47,805 nt of DNA from Pseudobdellovibrionaceae bacterium (GTDB taxonomy: Bacteria > Bdellovibrionota > Bdellovibrionia > Bdellovibrionales > Bdellovibrionaceae), in NCBI GenBank assembly GCA_947374445.1, contig CANCBY010000001.1, forward strand, positions 1 to 47,805, given 5' to 3'. The translations under genes and the position numbers were made by a program. The notes beneath the pieces are model-generated. The model saw only the letters and a program-made list of their open reading frames with translations, was not told where the DNA came from and did not search any database. Below, piece after piece: positions 1-8,627 of the stretch. Position 1 is the stretch's first letter. Each line of letters begins with the position of its first letter.

Positions 1-162
1 TGGGTGAAGGGCAGTCTGCTCACTCATTTTAAAAGCCAGCTTGCTGCTACCGACTATGATCAGTTTTTAAGAGAGTACCGCAAAAGAGTTTTTGCAGTGC
101 TTGCCGATGAAAAACCTTTTTTTTATACGTTCAAGCGTCTGTTTATTTGGGCAAAACTTTGA
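1..162 (+). CDS. 3' end of a class I SAM-dependent methyltransferase (trans-aconitate methyltransferase-like C-terminus); partial, starts upstream of the window
   Basis: Frame 1 is open from base 1 to TGA at 160-162. It translates WVKGSLLTHFKSQLAATDYDQFLREYRKRVFAVLADEKPFFYTFKRLFIWAKL, which resembles Tam-type C-termini (...FPFRRLFIVA..). Confidence 0.4.
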   Translation, partial: WVKGSLLTHFKSQLAATDYDQFLREYRKRVFAVLADEKPFFYTFKRLFIWAKL

Positions 163-252
163 GTCATCAAAGTCTTTAAAAATTTGTAACCTGACCAATT
201 TTTGGATTTACTTTTTTTGCGGACTTGATTGGTGAAGTTTCGTTTGTTTTTT

Positions 253-1722
253 CTAACTTTGTTTTTTTGTTGAGTCTATATTGAACTTTTCTTCTTTTCC
301 AGAAACCAAATGTTGTAGGACAATACTGAGGCGCTCAAGTTCTTGTGCTTGCGATGAGAGCTCTGCAGAAGAGCCGGAAACTATTTCAGATGAGGAGGCG
401 TTGTTTTGAGTGGCTTCGTCGAGCTGATTCATAGCCTTGGCAATTTGATCAATTCCTGCAGTCTGTTCAACACTTGCAGTTGAAATTTCATTATTGAGCT
501 CTGATACTTTTTTAACAGAGACGACAATCGCTGCAAGAGCATTTCCGCTAGACACGGCAATTTTTGAACCACCAGATGCTTTTTCAACGTTTTTTGAAAT
601 GAGGTTGTTGATATCTTTTGCGGCAACCGCGCTTCTCTGCGCAAGATTTCTTACGGCTTCGGCGACAACCGCAAAACCTTTGCCTTGCTCTCCGGCCCGG
701 GCCGCTTCGACCGCGGCGTTTAGAGCGAGTAAGTTTGTCTGAAATGCGATGTCATCAATCACTGAAGTGATCTGCGCAATTTCTTTTGAGCCTGCCGAGA
801 TTTCGTTCATGGCCTCGATAAGATTGTTGATTTCAATTTCGCCTTTTTCAGCTTCGGACTTTGATTTTAAGGATAGATCGCTGGCTTTTTTTGCGTTCTC
901 GGTATTCATGCGAACCATGCTCGTAAGTTCTTGCAACGAAGCTACTGTCTCTTGCAGCGAAGCGGCTGCTTCGGTAGTGCCGTTTGCTAGCCTATGACTT
1001 GATTCAGACAAGCCATTGCTCGCGCTAGATGTTTGGTTGGCCGCTGAGGCAATATTCGAACTGACAAAGTTGAGGGTTTTTGAAAGCCTTGAAGAAATAA
1101 AAAAACCTAAGGTTTGAGCGATCACGAAGCCAGCTCCGCCAAGAAGGACCACCAACCAGTTGGCAAAGGAGGCATATCCATCAGCTTGGGCATGATAGAA
1201 CTTTGCTTTTTCTTCGTGGAACTGTGAAAGTCTTTCCAAATTCTCAATTTGATTGCTTACGATGGCATCGAGCTCGTTGGTGATTACGGCTTCGATAGAG
1301 TCTCGATTATGAGTTGCATGGGGGGTGCTCAGCAGCTTTTCGGTTAAACTTGCTAGTCTATTCCAAGACTCTTGAGTGGGCTTGTATATGGCTTCTTCGC
1401 CTTCGAAGAATGGAATGTCATTGTATTTTTTGTCGAGGCGTTCGTATTCTGATTTAAGCGCTTTGTATTTTAGGTTGATTTTTTCGATCTCACTCTGAGT
1501 CGTTACGCGGGCAAATTTTGAAGGCAGTTCGCCAACGAGAAGAGAGGTCTTTTCCATTTCATCGACGGTTGTTGAATTGGGCATATTTACGTTTGCTATG
1601 ATTGAGAAGCTTTGGATGACTTTTCCCATGTAGAGCCAGCTGATAAAGCCGACTAAAATCACAAGCGATGCCACCGCAGTAAAAGAAAAAGCCATTTTTG
1701 TGCGCAGGCTTAAGCTGTTCAT
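253..1722 (-). CDS. methyl-accepting chemotaxis protein
   Basis: Carries the highly conserved MCP signalling hairpin [38 protein letters not shown]. It also has an N-terminal TM segment, a periplasmic domain, a second TM and a HAMP-like segment. I prefer the ATG at 1722 (MNSLSLR...), which follows GGGAG by 7 nt, over the ORF-track start at 1755. Confidence 0.9.
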   Translation of the reverse strand: MNSLSLRTKMAFSFTAVASLVILVGFISWLYMGKVIQSFSIIANVNMPNSTTVDEMEKTSLLVGELPSKFARVTTQSEIEKINLKYKALKSEYERLDKKYNDIPFFEGEEAIYKPTQESWNRLASLTEKLLSTPHATHNRDSIEAVITNELDAIVSNQIENLERLSQFHEEKAKFYHAQADGYASFANWLVVLLGGAGFVIAQTLGFFISSRLSKTLNFVSSNIASAANQTSSASNGLSESSHRLANGTTEAAASLQETVASLQELTSMVRMNTENAKKASDLSLKSKSEAEKGEIEINNLIEAMNEISAGSKEIAQITSVIDDIAFQTNLLALNAAVEAARAGEQGKGFAVVAEAVRNLAQRSAVAAKDINNLISKNVEKASGGSKIAVSSGNALAAIVVSVKKVSELNNEISTASVEQTAGIDQIAKAMNQLDEATQNNASSSEIVSGSSAELSSQAQELERLSIVLQHLVSGKEEKFNIDSTKKQS

Positions 1723-1861
1723 GCAGTAACTCCCGTTGATTAAGCATTGATTCAATCAAACATAGTTACGGGATTTTGTTTTCAAAAGAAAAGTCTAGTT
1801 TCAAATTTAAGTAAAAAACTAACCCAGGCTTTGACCCGGGCTAGTTTTAAATTGCTGTTTT

Positions 1862-3256
1862 CTAAGGCATTTGCTCGGTCAGTGACTTTGCTCCAGCCTC
1901 AATCCGCTGGGCGAATTCATTTTGCATACTTTGAAGGTCTGCTAGCGAAATATGAACCTCTGAGCCGGCATCACAGCTGTCAGATTTGCCAGTGACGACA
2001 ATTGCTATTGCCGAATCGCCACTGATTTTTTGATCAGCCTTTAGCTTAATTAAGTCGCCGTCGGAGAGCATGCATTTATCTCCGCCATCATCGATCACAC
2101 TCATGTCTTGATGTACGGTAAAGATATATTCGGGCTTTTCGACGATTCCGGCTCCGGCTGGAATAATGGGATTAATAGTCAGCGGAGTTTTTGCTTTGTA
2201 AGCTTCTAAAGCTTCTCTGACTTGAATTTGTACTTGAGCTCTAACTTCTTCGCTGATTTCTTCGCGGTACCTTGCTTCTTCAGCCTGAGAGATGCTTGCT
2301 TCTTCAGCCTGAGAGATGCTTGCTTCCATGGCCGCTTCTTCTTGATCCCAAAGAGTCATAAAGAAGTAATCCGTCAACCAATCGTAAGATGTGTAATACC
2401 TTGTAACAGGGTGGTACCACGGAACGTTGTAAGACCAAGGATAGCCGTAAGGATGTGACCATGGTTCGTAAATAATAACTCGTGACTGCCACCAAAACTC
2501 ATAAGGTGTTGAGTAGAAATAGTAGCGATTGCGGCCATAATTATAGGGAAGGTAATTGTAGTTATTGATGACGGTGATATTATTGTAAATCACTGTTTTT
2601 TTGATAGTGATCGATTTGCTATGGATTTCTTTTTCGTAGCTGATATTCTTTCCTGATTTATATGAAATCTGTCGACGCTCGATTTGAGTTTTTTCTTTTC
2701 CTATTGTCTTAGTTTGATTTGTGTGAACTGTTTTTGTTCCATTGTCGCGCTCGGTAATTTTTGAGCCGTCTGAATTTTTATAGTAAGTCGTCGAATGTGA
2801 AATTCCACTTTTGTTGACCTTATTGCGTATAACTAGAGGCGTGCCATCCTGTCTGGTTTTTTTCTCGACGGTGCTAGCTCTGCGCTTTATTACAGGAGCC
2901 GGAGTTTCCGTTATTCTTTCAGGGGGAGTCTCTGAAGGTTTAGACTTCTTGGCAGATTTTTTGCTCTCTTTGCTGCCCTCATAAGGAGCCGTAGGCGCGG
3001 GCATCTCGACGCTAGGTTCGTTGTATGTTGGTGGCTGTTCTGACTTTTTTCGTTTTTTTGCAGAGCTTTCTTTAACGGGATTTGCAGTTTCGACGACCGG
3101 TATTTCGTCCTCTGATTTGCGATGTTTTGATTTTGCCATCGCCGTCGGAGCCATAAAGGCCGAACTGATCAGAGCTGCTAGAAAAAGATTTGCTCGATTC
3201 AAAGCTCGAGGAGGGGTTGGACTCGATGTGGGACGAAAAAATGACTGAAAATCCAT
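1862..3256 (-). CDS. hypothetical secreted protein (Lys/Ser/Pro-rich N-terminal half, Tyr/Trp-rich core, acidic coiled region containing a tandem duplication)
   Basis: Long ORF with a signal-like N-terminus (LFLAALISSAFMAPTAMA). No family recognised. Contains a duplicated EASISQAE unit. Confidence 0.55.
   Translation of the reverse strand: MDFQSFFRPTSSPTPPRALNRANLFLAALISSAFMAPTAMAKSKHRKSEDEIPVVETANPVKESSAKKRKKSEQPPTYNEPSVEMPAPTAPYEGSKESKKSAKKSKPSETPPERITETPAPVIKRRASTVEKKTRQDGTPLVIRNKVNKSGISHSTTYYKNSDGSKITERDNGTKTVHTNQTKTIGKEKTQIERRQISYKSGKNISYEKEIHSKSITIKKTVIYNNITVINNYNYLPYNYGRNRYYFYSTPYEFWWQSRVIIYEPWSHPYGYPWSYNVPWYHPVTRYYTSYDWLTDYFFMTLWDQEEAAMEASISQAEEASISQAEEARYREEISEEVRAQVQIQVREALEAYKAKTPLTINPIIPAGAGIVEKPEYIFTVHQDMSVIDDGGDKCMLSDGDLIKLKADQKISGDSAIAIVVTGKSDSCDAGSEVHISLADLQSMQNEFAQRIEAGAKSLTEQMP
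2273..2326. repeat. perfect 24-bp tandem duplication (tgcttcttcagcctgagagatgct x2 plus a partial third copy) inside the CDS
   Basis: Read directly: 2273-2296 equals 2297-2320, followed by tgcttc. In frame (8 codons); encodes EASISQAE twice on the minus strand. Confidence 0.9.
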
Positions 3257-3368
3257 AGTTCACCTGACCTGTGGAAGAGTGGTTTTTAAAAATAACTCGC
3301 CGATTTTGTATCTTGAGATCCGTGGAATGGCTATATGAATTTAACCCCGGATTTGGTGGGGACTGAGG

Positions 3369-3392
3369 GCGCAAACCACAGCGCAAACCACA
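3369..3392. repeat. perfect 12-bp tandem repeat gcgcaaaccaca x2 in an intergenic region
   Basis: Read directly: 3369-3380 equals 3381-3392. Lies about 115 bp upstream of the minus-strand start at 3256. Confidence 0.85.
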
Positions 3393-3449
3393 AGAAACTT
3401 AGGGCATTTCATAAAGCACAATAAATACAATGGCTTAGGTATTTTTGCG

Positions 3450-3974
3450 TTAATTCAGGTGGTGGGGGTCGACTAATTTTTTATGAAGCTCTGTCGTCAG
3501 AGTTTCAATTTTTTTACTTAATTGCTGGGTGATCTCCGTCAGCTCTGTATTTTTTTTCAATAATTCTGCAAGCTGTTCCATTTGTTTTACTGCAATCAGG
3601 GCTCGTTCTTCGCTGGCTTGGGCGATGGCTTCGCGATGTTGAGCGTCGGCATCTGCATGCCCCTTGTCGCGATCCGATTGTCTCGTTTGCGCCAGCAGAA
3701 TCAAGGGCGCAGCATAGGCTGCTTGCAAGCTGAAGGCTAAATTTAACAATATGAATGGGTAAATATCGAAATGAGTGAAGCCCAGGACATTTATTAAAAT
3801 CCACACTGTGACAACAGCTGTCTGTCCGATCAAAAAAGACGGGGTGCCAAAAAACCTAGCGAACTTTTCTGCCTTGAGTGCAAACCAATCATTTCCAAAA
3901 ACGGAATGCAGATGCTCATGGGGCTTATGAAATCGAAAATAGCCTTTTTCAATTTTTGTTTTTTTGAGTTCCAT
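3450..3974 (-). CDS. DUF1003 family membrane protein
   Basis: Two TM helices plus FDIYPFILLNLAFSLQAAYAAPLILLAQTRQSDRD, which matches the DUF1003 core (FDPYPFILLNL..S..AA.QAP.IMMSQNRQ..RD). Followed by a coiled-coil tail. Confidence 0.75.
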   Translation of the reverse strand: MELKKTKIEKGYFRFHKPHEHLHSVFGNDWFALKAEKFARFFGTPSFLIGQTAVVTVWILINVLGFTHFDIYPFILLNLAFSLQAAYAAPLILLAQTRQSDRDKGHADADAQHREAIAQASEERALIAVKQMEQLAELLKKNTELTEITQQLSKKIETLTTELHKKLVDPHHLN

Positions 3975-4013
3975 TGGGGCCTTTGTTTTAGATTTTTGTT
4001 GAGTTTGCCAGAT

Positions 4014-4868
4014 CTAGCGCAAATAAAAAATTGCAAGAGCCTTAAGTGTCGCTTGAACTCCAAGCTTTAGTTGTTTTGTCTTGAAGTTTTGGAACAGCTC
4101 TTGTTCAAATCGATATTTAACGTCTTCTTTTAGGCCTTCAGAAGCAATCACAGAATCTCCAAAATGATTTCCTAAAAAGCCATAGTGGCCAAAGCTGTTG
4201 GATTTTGAGGTTTGCCAAAAAGCGGCCTCTGCTGAGAGGCTAACGGTTAGAAGCGTTCCAGTAGTAGATTCTGCGATGGCATCAAAGCGAGTTGTTTTTA
4301 CCCGGTTCAATGTTGTTTGTGCGGTCTCAGTGTGAATTTTTTGAAAATTTTCAGTCGTAGTAAATTGAGAAATTTGCAAACAGCTCAAATCAGAGTCGAT
4401 ACTTGCCGTCACTTTGACATGGTCTTCAAATCCGTCCGTCAAGTCATGGGCCACGGGAACTACATGCGGCGGTGAAGCCATATCTTGAATGTGATGAATA
4501 ATATGCCCTAAATCAGCAACGGCATCAGATCGGTGACCTGGCAGCAGCGGATCGTGTTTAAAGATTTCAGCCGATAGATCTCTCACACGTTCGGCCGAAC
4601 TCGCTCTGATTAAATCTTTGAGGAACTTTTCTGGATTGAAGTAGTGTGAGTAAAAAAAATCTTTTCGCACGATATTGAGATCTTCTTCTAGGTCTGAAAT
4701 CCATAATAGATCCGAGTCAAATGGCTTCACCGTTTGCGGAAAGCAAGTATTGAGTTCATTTAAGGCCTGAAGCATCATTTTTTTATGATCACGCAGACTG
4801 AATGCCTGCCCATGGAGTGGTAGGATGGACAAAGCCAGCAAAATTAAGGCACGCATGCTGATTCTCAA
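4014..4868 (-). CDS. secreted protein, possibly of the zinc-dependent phospholipase C / S1-P1 nuclease-like superfamily
   Basis: Signal peptide MRALILLALSILPLHGQA. The His/Asp-rich segment LGHIIHHIQDMASPPHVVPVAHD resembles metal-binding motifs of that superfamily. Weak, motif-level only. Confidence 0.35.
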   Translation of the reverse strand: MRISMRALILLALSILPLHGQAFSLRDHKKMMLQALNELNTCFPQTVKPFDSDLLWISDLEEDLNIVRKDFFYSHYFNPEKFLKDLIRASSAERVRDLSAEIFKHDPLLPGHRSDAVADLGHIIHHIQDMASPPHVVPVAHDLTDGFEDHVKVTASIDSDLSCLQISQFTTTENFQKIHTETAQTTLNRVKTTRFDAIAESTTGTLLTVSLSAEAAFWQTSKSNSFGHYGFLGNHFGDSVIASEGLKEDVKYRFEQELFQNFKTKQLKLGVQATLKALAIFYLR

Positions 4869-5204
4869 GTCAAAACCACCTTTTTAAGCTTAAAAACAAA
4901 AAGCAGAGCAATAGCAAAACACTATTTGTCTCGTGATTTAAGGCTATAAGCGAGCTGTGGGGCTTGCAATCTCAAATTAGAAGGAGTTGTTAAATAGTTT
5001 TTTGAACCCATTTTGGTGTTCGATCTTGAGGAATAGGCTGAGGATAGCGTTTCTCAAAAATAAATTCGAATTCAAATTTTGTCGGCATACTCTAGACCTT
5101 GAGCTTGGTTGCATTTGTTTGGGATCTAAAATTTCTATTAAGATTTAGCTTTCTGCATTGCTGCTAGACTCTTATATTGGCCCGCATTCACCGATGAATG
5201 CGTA

Positions 5205-5513
5205 ATGGCAGACGCGTCACATATTTCAAATCAATTTTTGCTGCAACAAGAGCTTCTTGATTGCCTTCCGTCGGCAACAATTCTGATACGCGGAAATGAA
5301 ATTTATTTAAATCAAAAAGCCGAAGAAATTACTGGTTACAAAACGGGAGATTTTTCTAATCTTGATGAGTGGTTTAAGATTATTTATGGAGAAGCATCAG
5401 AGCAAGTACGTAATTATTACGAGGCCGACAGACGATTTCGAGTTATTGATAGTGGTCCACTCTCAGGCCGAACCGATAAAACGGTCTGCAAGCTGAGTTT
5501 ATTTTCAGTTTAA
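5205..5513 (+). CDS. PAS-domain protein, apparently frameshifted near its 3' end (continuation in the +1 frame to 5619)
   Basis: LLDCLPSATILIRGNEIYLNQKAEEITGYKTGDFSNLDEWFKIIYGE is a typical PAS N-terminal half. See the finding on the frameshift. Confidence 0.6.
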   Translation: MADASHISNQFLLQQELLDCLPSATILIRGNEIYLNQKAEEITGYKTGDFSNLDEWFKIIYGEASEQVRNYYEADRRFRVIDSGPLSGRTDKTVCKLSLFSV

Positions 5514-5615
5514 CGGCGGATCTCAATATGTTTATATTACAAACCTAGGGACCCAGGAGCAGCTATTAAAGAAGATCAAAACACCACAACTGATGCGATC
5601 AAAGACATTAAGACA

Positions 5616-7091
5616 ATGATTGCCTCATTTCATTCGTTGATGGCAGTTGAAACCGTTGAAGAAGAGAGAGTTCGTGAGCTTTTTGGCAGAGCCAGTCTTG
5701 AGCTTTCGATTCCATTTTACGAATGGTCGATTTCTGAAGGCCTCAAATGCACCGACACCAATATTCCTCTTGTTTCAACAGATCCAGCTGCGGTGGTTTC
5801 GCAAATTCAACAGGTCAAAGGCGAAGGGGTTTTTCTCTTGAAAGACTTTGTCCAGCACTTAACCAATCCTAAAATAATTCGAGAGTTTCGTGAGCTCGCG
5901 CAAGATCTCAGCCGTAGCCGATCGATGTTGGTGCTTGTCGCTCCTGCGATTGCATTGCCACAGGAACTTGAGCATGCGGCTATTCATTACACTGTGAAAA
6001 TGCCAACTCGCGATCAATTAAAGACTATTGTTGTCAGTGTCATGAACGAATTGGCAGCGCACCGCGGACAAAAGCAAATTAAAATCAATCTTTCTCCTAG
6101 TGATGGGGACAGTCTTCTTAATGCTATGATGGGCATGACCATGAAGCAGGCTCGCCAAGCGATTGCTTATTGTTTGATGGATGATCATGTTCTCGATGCA
6201 AGTGATATTCCTAAAGTTATAGAGCGCAAAGCTCAGGCCATCCGTGATGGAGGAATTGGCGGTGGAGTTTTAGATTTTTATCCTGCAGAAAATAACACAT
6301 ATGAGCTCGGTGGTTTTGAAAAGCTCAAGCAGTATCTGACTCAGGCCCTGATGGGCTATACGCCAGAGGCAAAGGCCCTAGGGCTCAAGCCTCCTAAGGG
6401 GATACTTATTGTAGGGGTGCCAGGCTGTGGAAAGTCGTTGGCAGTCAAAGTGATTGCTAAACATTGGAAGATGCCTCTTTTGAAACTTGATGGCGGACGG
6501 CTTTTTGATAAGTACATCGGTGAGTCTGAAAAAAACTTTCGCAAGGCCATTTTGTCGGCTGAAGCGATGTCTCCGGCTATTCTTTGGATTGATGAGATCG
6601 AAAAAATGCTATCTATGAGTGGTGGCTCTGACGGGGGAGAGGGTGGGGTTTCGCAAAGAATTTTTGGTTCTTTTTTGACTTGGTTGCAAGAAAAAGAGAA
6701 GCCGGTTTTTGTCGTGGCCACAGCCAATGATATGAGTGGAATGCCGCCAGAGCTTTTACGCAAAGGAAGGTTTGATGAGATTTTCTTTGTGGATTTGCCG
6801 GACATCAATGAGCGCAAAGAGATTTTTGCCATTCATCTGCGACTCAAAAGACAAGACGAAACCAGATTTGACTTGTCAGTTCTTGCCGATGCCACTGAGG
6901 GCTATAGCGGAGCCGAAATCGAGCAGGTAGTGACAACAGCCGTGCTTGTTGGTTTGCACAAAAAAACTGTGGTCAACACCGAGCTTGTATTGAATCAAAT
7001 CAAGTCAACCATACCTCTCTCAGTCTCACGACACGATGATATCGCGGCATTGCGTGAAGTTGGGCGAAAGCAATTTGTGGGCGTTAAATAA
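5616..7091 (+). CDS. AAA+ ATPase (single Cdc48/FtsH-type AAA module with an uncharacterised N-terminal domain)
   Basis: Walker A GILIVGVPGCGKSLAVK. Walker B AILWIDEIEK. Sensor/arginine-finger region ATANDMSGMPPELLRKGRFDEIFFVDLP. C-terminal lid with GYSGAEIEQVV. Confidence 0.85.
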   Translation: MIASFHSLMAVETVEEERVRELFGRASLELSIPFYEWSISEGLKCTDTNIPLVSTDPAAVVSQIQQVKGEGVFLLKDFVQHLTNPKIIREFRELAQDLSRSRSMLVLVAPAIALPQELEHAAIHYTVKMPTRDQLKTIVVSVMNELAAHRGQKQIKINLSPSDGDSLLNAMMGMTMKQARQAIAYCLMDDHVLDASDIPKVIERKAQAIRDGGIGGGVLDFYPAENNTYELGGFEKLKQYLTQALMGYTPEAKALGLKPPKGILIVGVPGCGKSLAVKVIAKHWKMPLLKLDGGRLFDKYIGESEKNFRKAILSAEAMSPAILWIDEIEKMLSMSGGSDGGEGGVSQRIFGSFLTWLQEKEKPVFVVATANDMSGMPPELLRKGRFDEIFFVDLPDINERKEIFAIHLRLKRQDETRFDLSVLADATEGYSGAEIEQVVTTAVLVGLHKKTVVNTELVLNQIKSTIPLSVSRHDDIAALREVGRKQFVGVK

Positions 7092-7227
7092 TCCCTGAGG
7101 TAATTTCTACAGAACCGAGCCCATTAAATCCGAGCTTCTGAAATCTTTTGCGGCGTCCGATTGGCAGTGCTTTACATAAAGCCATTCTGGTGTCAAAAAG
7201 CAGTCACCAAACCATAAAGGAGAATTC

Positions 7228-7572
7228 ATGAAACTGATTTCTACGATCTTGATTCTTATTCTTGGGACCAGCTTTGCTTACGCAGGGGCCGGCTATGTTT
7301 GCGTTAACGGTTACCTTTACACTCCAACAGGTTCTCGCAGCTATGTCGGGACATCCGACTGTAAGGGTGCAATTATTAGGGGCGACTACGCTTGCGTGGG
7401 TGGCTACCTAAGTAAGCCTGACGGCAGCCGAGACTACGTAGGTACATCAGATTGTCAAAAAGCCAAGTTTGGCACAGGCTACGCGTGCGTTGGTGGATAC
7501 CTCTACATGCCTAATAGCAGCCGAAGCTACGTTGGTGAGTCAGATTGCGCAGAAGCAAACTTCGGAAAATAG
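7228..7572 (+). CDS. small secreted protein built from three about 32-aa Cys-containing tandem repeats
   Basis: RBS aaaggag lies 7 nt upstream. Signal peptide MKLISTILILILGTSFAYA. Three copies of GY.CV.GYL..P.GSR.YVG.SDC..A. Confidence 0.7.
   Translation: MKLISTILILILGTSFAYAGAGYVCVNGYLYTPTGSRSYVGTSDCKGAIIRGDYACVGGYLSKPDGSRDYVGTSDCQKAKFGTGYACVGGYLYMPNSSRSYVGESDCAEANFGK
7285..7569 (+). repeat. three in-frame coding repeats (about 96 nt each) of the GYxCVxGYLxxPxxSRxYVGxSDC unit
   Basis: Alignment by eye of aa 20-51, 52-83 and 84-114 of the 114-aa product. Confidence 0.8.
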
Positions 7573-7615
7573 AATTCTCGGTTTACTTTAAATTGTATTT
7601 ACTTTTTAAGATCGA

Positions 7616-7639
7616 CAAATTGAGATGAATCTCAATTTG
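7616..7639 (+). terminator. perfect 10-bp stem / 4-nt loop hairpin (caaattgaga-tgaa-tctcaatttg) downstream of the repeat-protein gene
   Basis: Inverted repeat read directly. AT-rich and lacks a clean U-tract, so the terminator role is tentative. Confidence 0.3.
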
Positions 7640-7734
7640 ATGTTTAGGTTTGATATGAAATTAGAGATTAAAAAATGAAATAGCTCATTTTTAACCGGAA
7701 CGCTCGTTAGCGAGTCCTAGCCATAGGAGGGCAG

Positions 7735-8052
7735 GTGGATCTAAACGAGTTTACAACCCGGCATTTTCGCCCCCGAGATCATGTGCGAGAAGACGTCGAA
7801 GAATTACTGGTGGCAGGTTTGAAGAAAATCCCTACGGAGGGCGCGGTCAATGTCGTGATCGCAGATCAAGGAAAGAGTTTCTTAATTTCAATCGTTGGCA
7901 GAGCTGGAAATAAATTCTTCAGCTCTGAATCGATTCACTTCAAAGAAAGTATGTGGGGTTGGTCTCGTGATTGGCAAGTCGCTGCTCTTTATCGAGTGCT
8001 CACGGACTTTAGAAAGCAGATCGGGCTGTATCTGTCGAAAGCAAGGAAGTAG
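7735..8052 (+). CDS. hypothetical protein (GTG start)
   Basis: 105-aa ORF preceded by ataggaggg (SD) 5 nt before the GTG. No family recognised with confidence. Confidence 0.45.
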   Translation: MDLNEFTTRHFRPRDHVREDVEELLVAGLKKIPTEGAVNVVIADQGKSFLISIVGRAGNKFFSSESIHFKESMWGWSRDWQVAALYRVLTDFRKQIGLYLSKARK

Positions 8053-8323
8053 CACTCTCAATAATCAAAAGGAGCAAATTTACTCCAGGAAACCACTTGG
8101 TGAAATTGCGAAAAGTAGACTTAAGGATTTTAACACTTGGGCTGATTTTTCTATTTTTTCTCGCTGAGATATTCGCGCCTTCATGCTCGGCGACCGCCTA
8201 CCTGCCTATTTGGTCTCGTGAACTCCCTCTTAAGCTCCTAACAATCTACAGCCCACCGCATAAAAACTATTGCCTCAAAGGCTATTAACTCCTATAACAC
8301 GGGCTCGTTTTTTGTCAGAATGT

Positions 8324-8400
8324 GGTGGCCGTAGCTCAGTTGGTAGAGCGCGGGATTGTGATTCCTGAGGTCGCGGGTTCAAGCCCCGTCGGTCACCCCA
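8324..8400 (+). tRNA. tRNA-His (anticodon GTG), with the extra 5' G(-1) and an encoded CCA
   Basis: Cloverleaf folded by hand: G-1, acceptor gtggccg/cggtcac, D-arm gctcagttggtagagc, anticodon stem cggga/tcctg with loop ttGTGat, T-arm gcggg-ttcaagc-cccgt, discriminator C, CCA. Near-identical layout to E. coli tRNA-His. Confidence 0.93.
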
Positions 8401-8401
8401 A
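8385..8401. repeat. left copy of the 17-bp direct repeat cccgtcggtcaccccaa (3' end of tRNA-His); attL-like
   Basis: Identical 17-mer recurs at 10087-10103. Confidence 0.9.
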
Positions 8402-8526
8402 AATTTTTACTTCGATCGTAGTCTGTTTTCTCAATTTAATAAATGATTCCAAATAGTTGATTCACCGTTCTCAATTTGAGGTTTTTGCTTACGAAATTTC
8501 ACGAAATGTCGCTTTATTTCGATCTG

Positions 8527-8545
8527 TGATGACAAGCTGATGACA
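8527..8545. repeat. paired TGATGACA octamers (tgatgaca-agc-tgatgaca) near the left end of the islet
   Basis: Read directly. The same octamer pair recurs at 10027-10044. Confidence 0.85.
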
Positions 8546-8627
8546 GATTTCTACAGCACTATTAAGACACTATGCTAATATGGTCTTGATGGCACAATGG
8601 GAATTTGTCGAATGGCTGATGTTTTGA

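Noticed and set aside
429-997. Several 71-82-aa ORFs on both strands inside the MCP gene.
   Set aside because: They lie entirely within, or antisense to, a strongly supported CDS and have a low-complexity Ala/Ser/Phe composition.
5511-5513. The PAS ORF and the AAA+ ATPase ORF are in the same frame, separated by a single TAA, which suggests a stop-codon read-through fusion.
   Set aside because: The in-frame inter-ORF translation (RRISICLYYKPRDPGAAIKEDQ...) looks non-protein-like. The +1 frame gives a PAS-like continuation ending in an ATGA overlap, so a frameshift explains the data better. Sharing a frame has a 1-in-3 chance.
6356-6832. 158-aa minus-strand ORF.
   Set aside because: Antisense to the Walker A/B region of the AAA+ ATPase, with no independent signals.
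8097-8288. 63-aa TTG-start ORF with a hydrophobic N-terminus between the 7735-8052 gene and tRNA-His.
   Set aside because: It could be a small membrane peptide, but it has only a weak GGAA upstream and no recognisable family. It also competes with an overlapping 90-aa ORF in another frame. I cannot support it from sequence alone.
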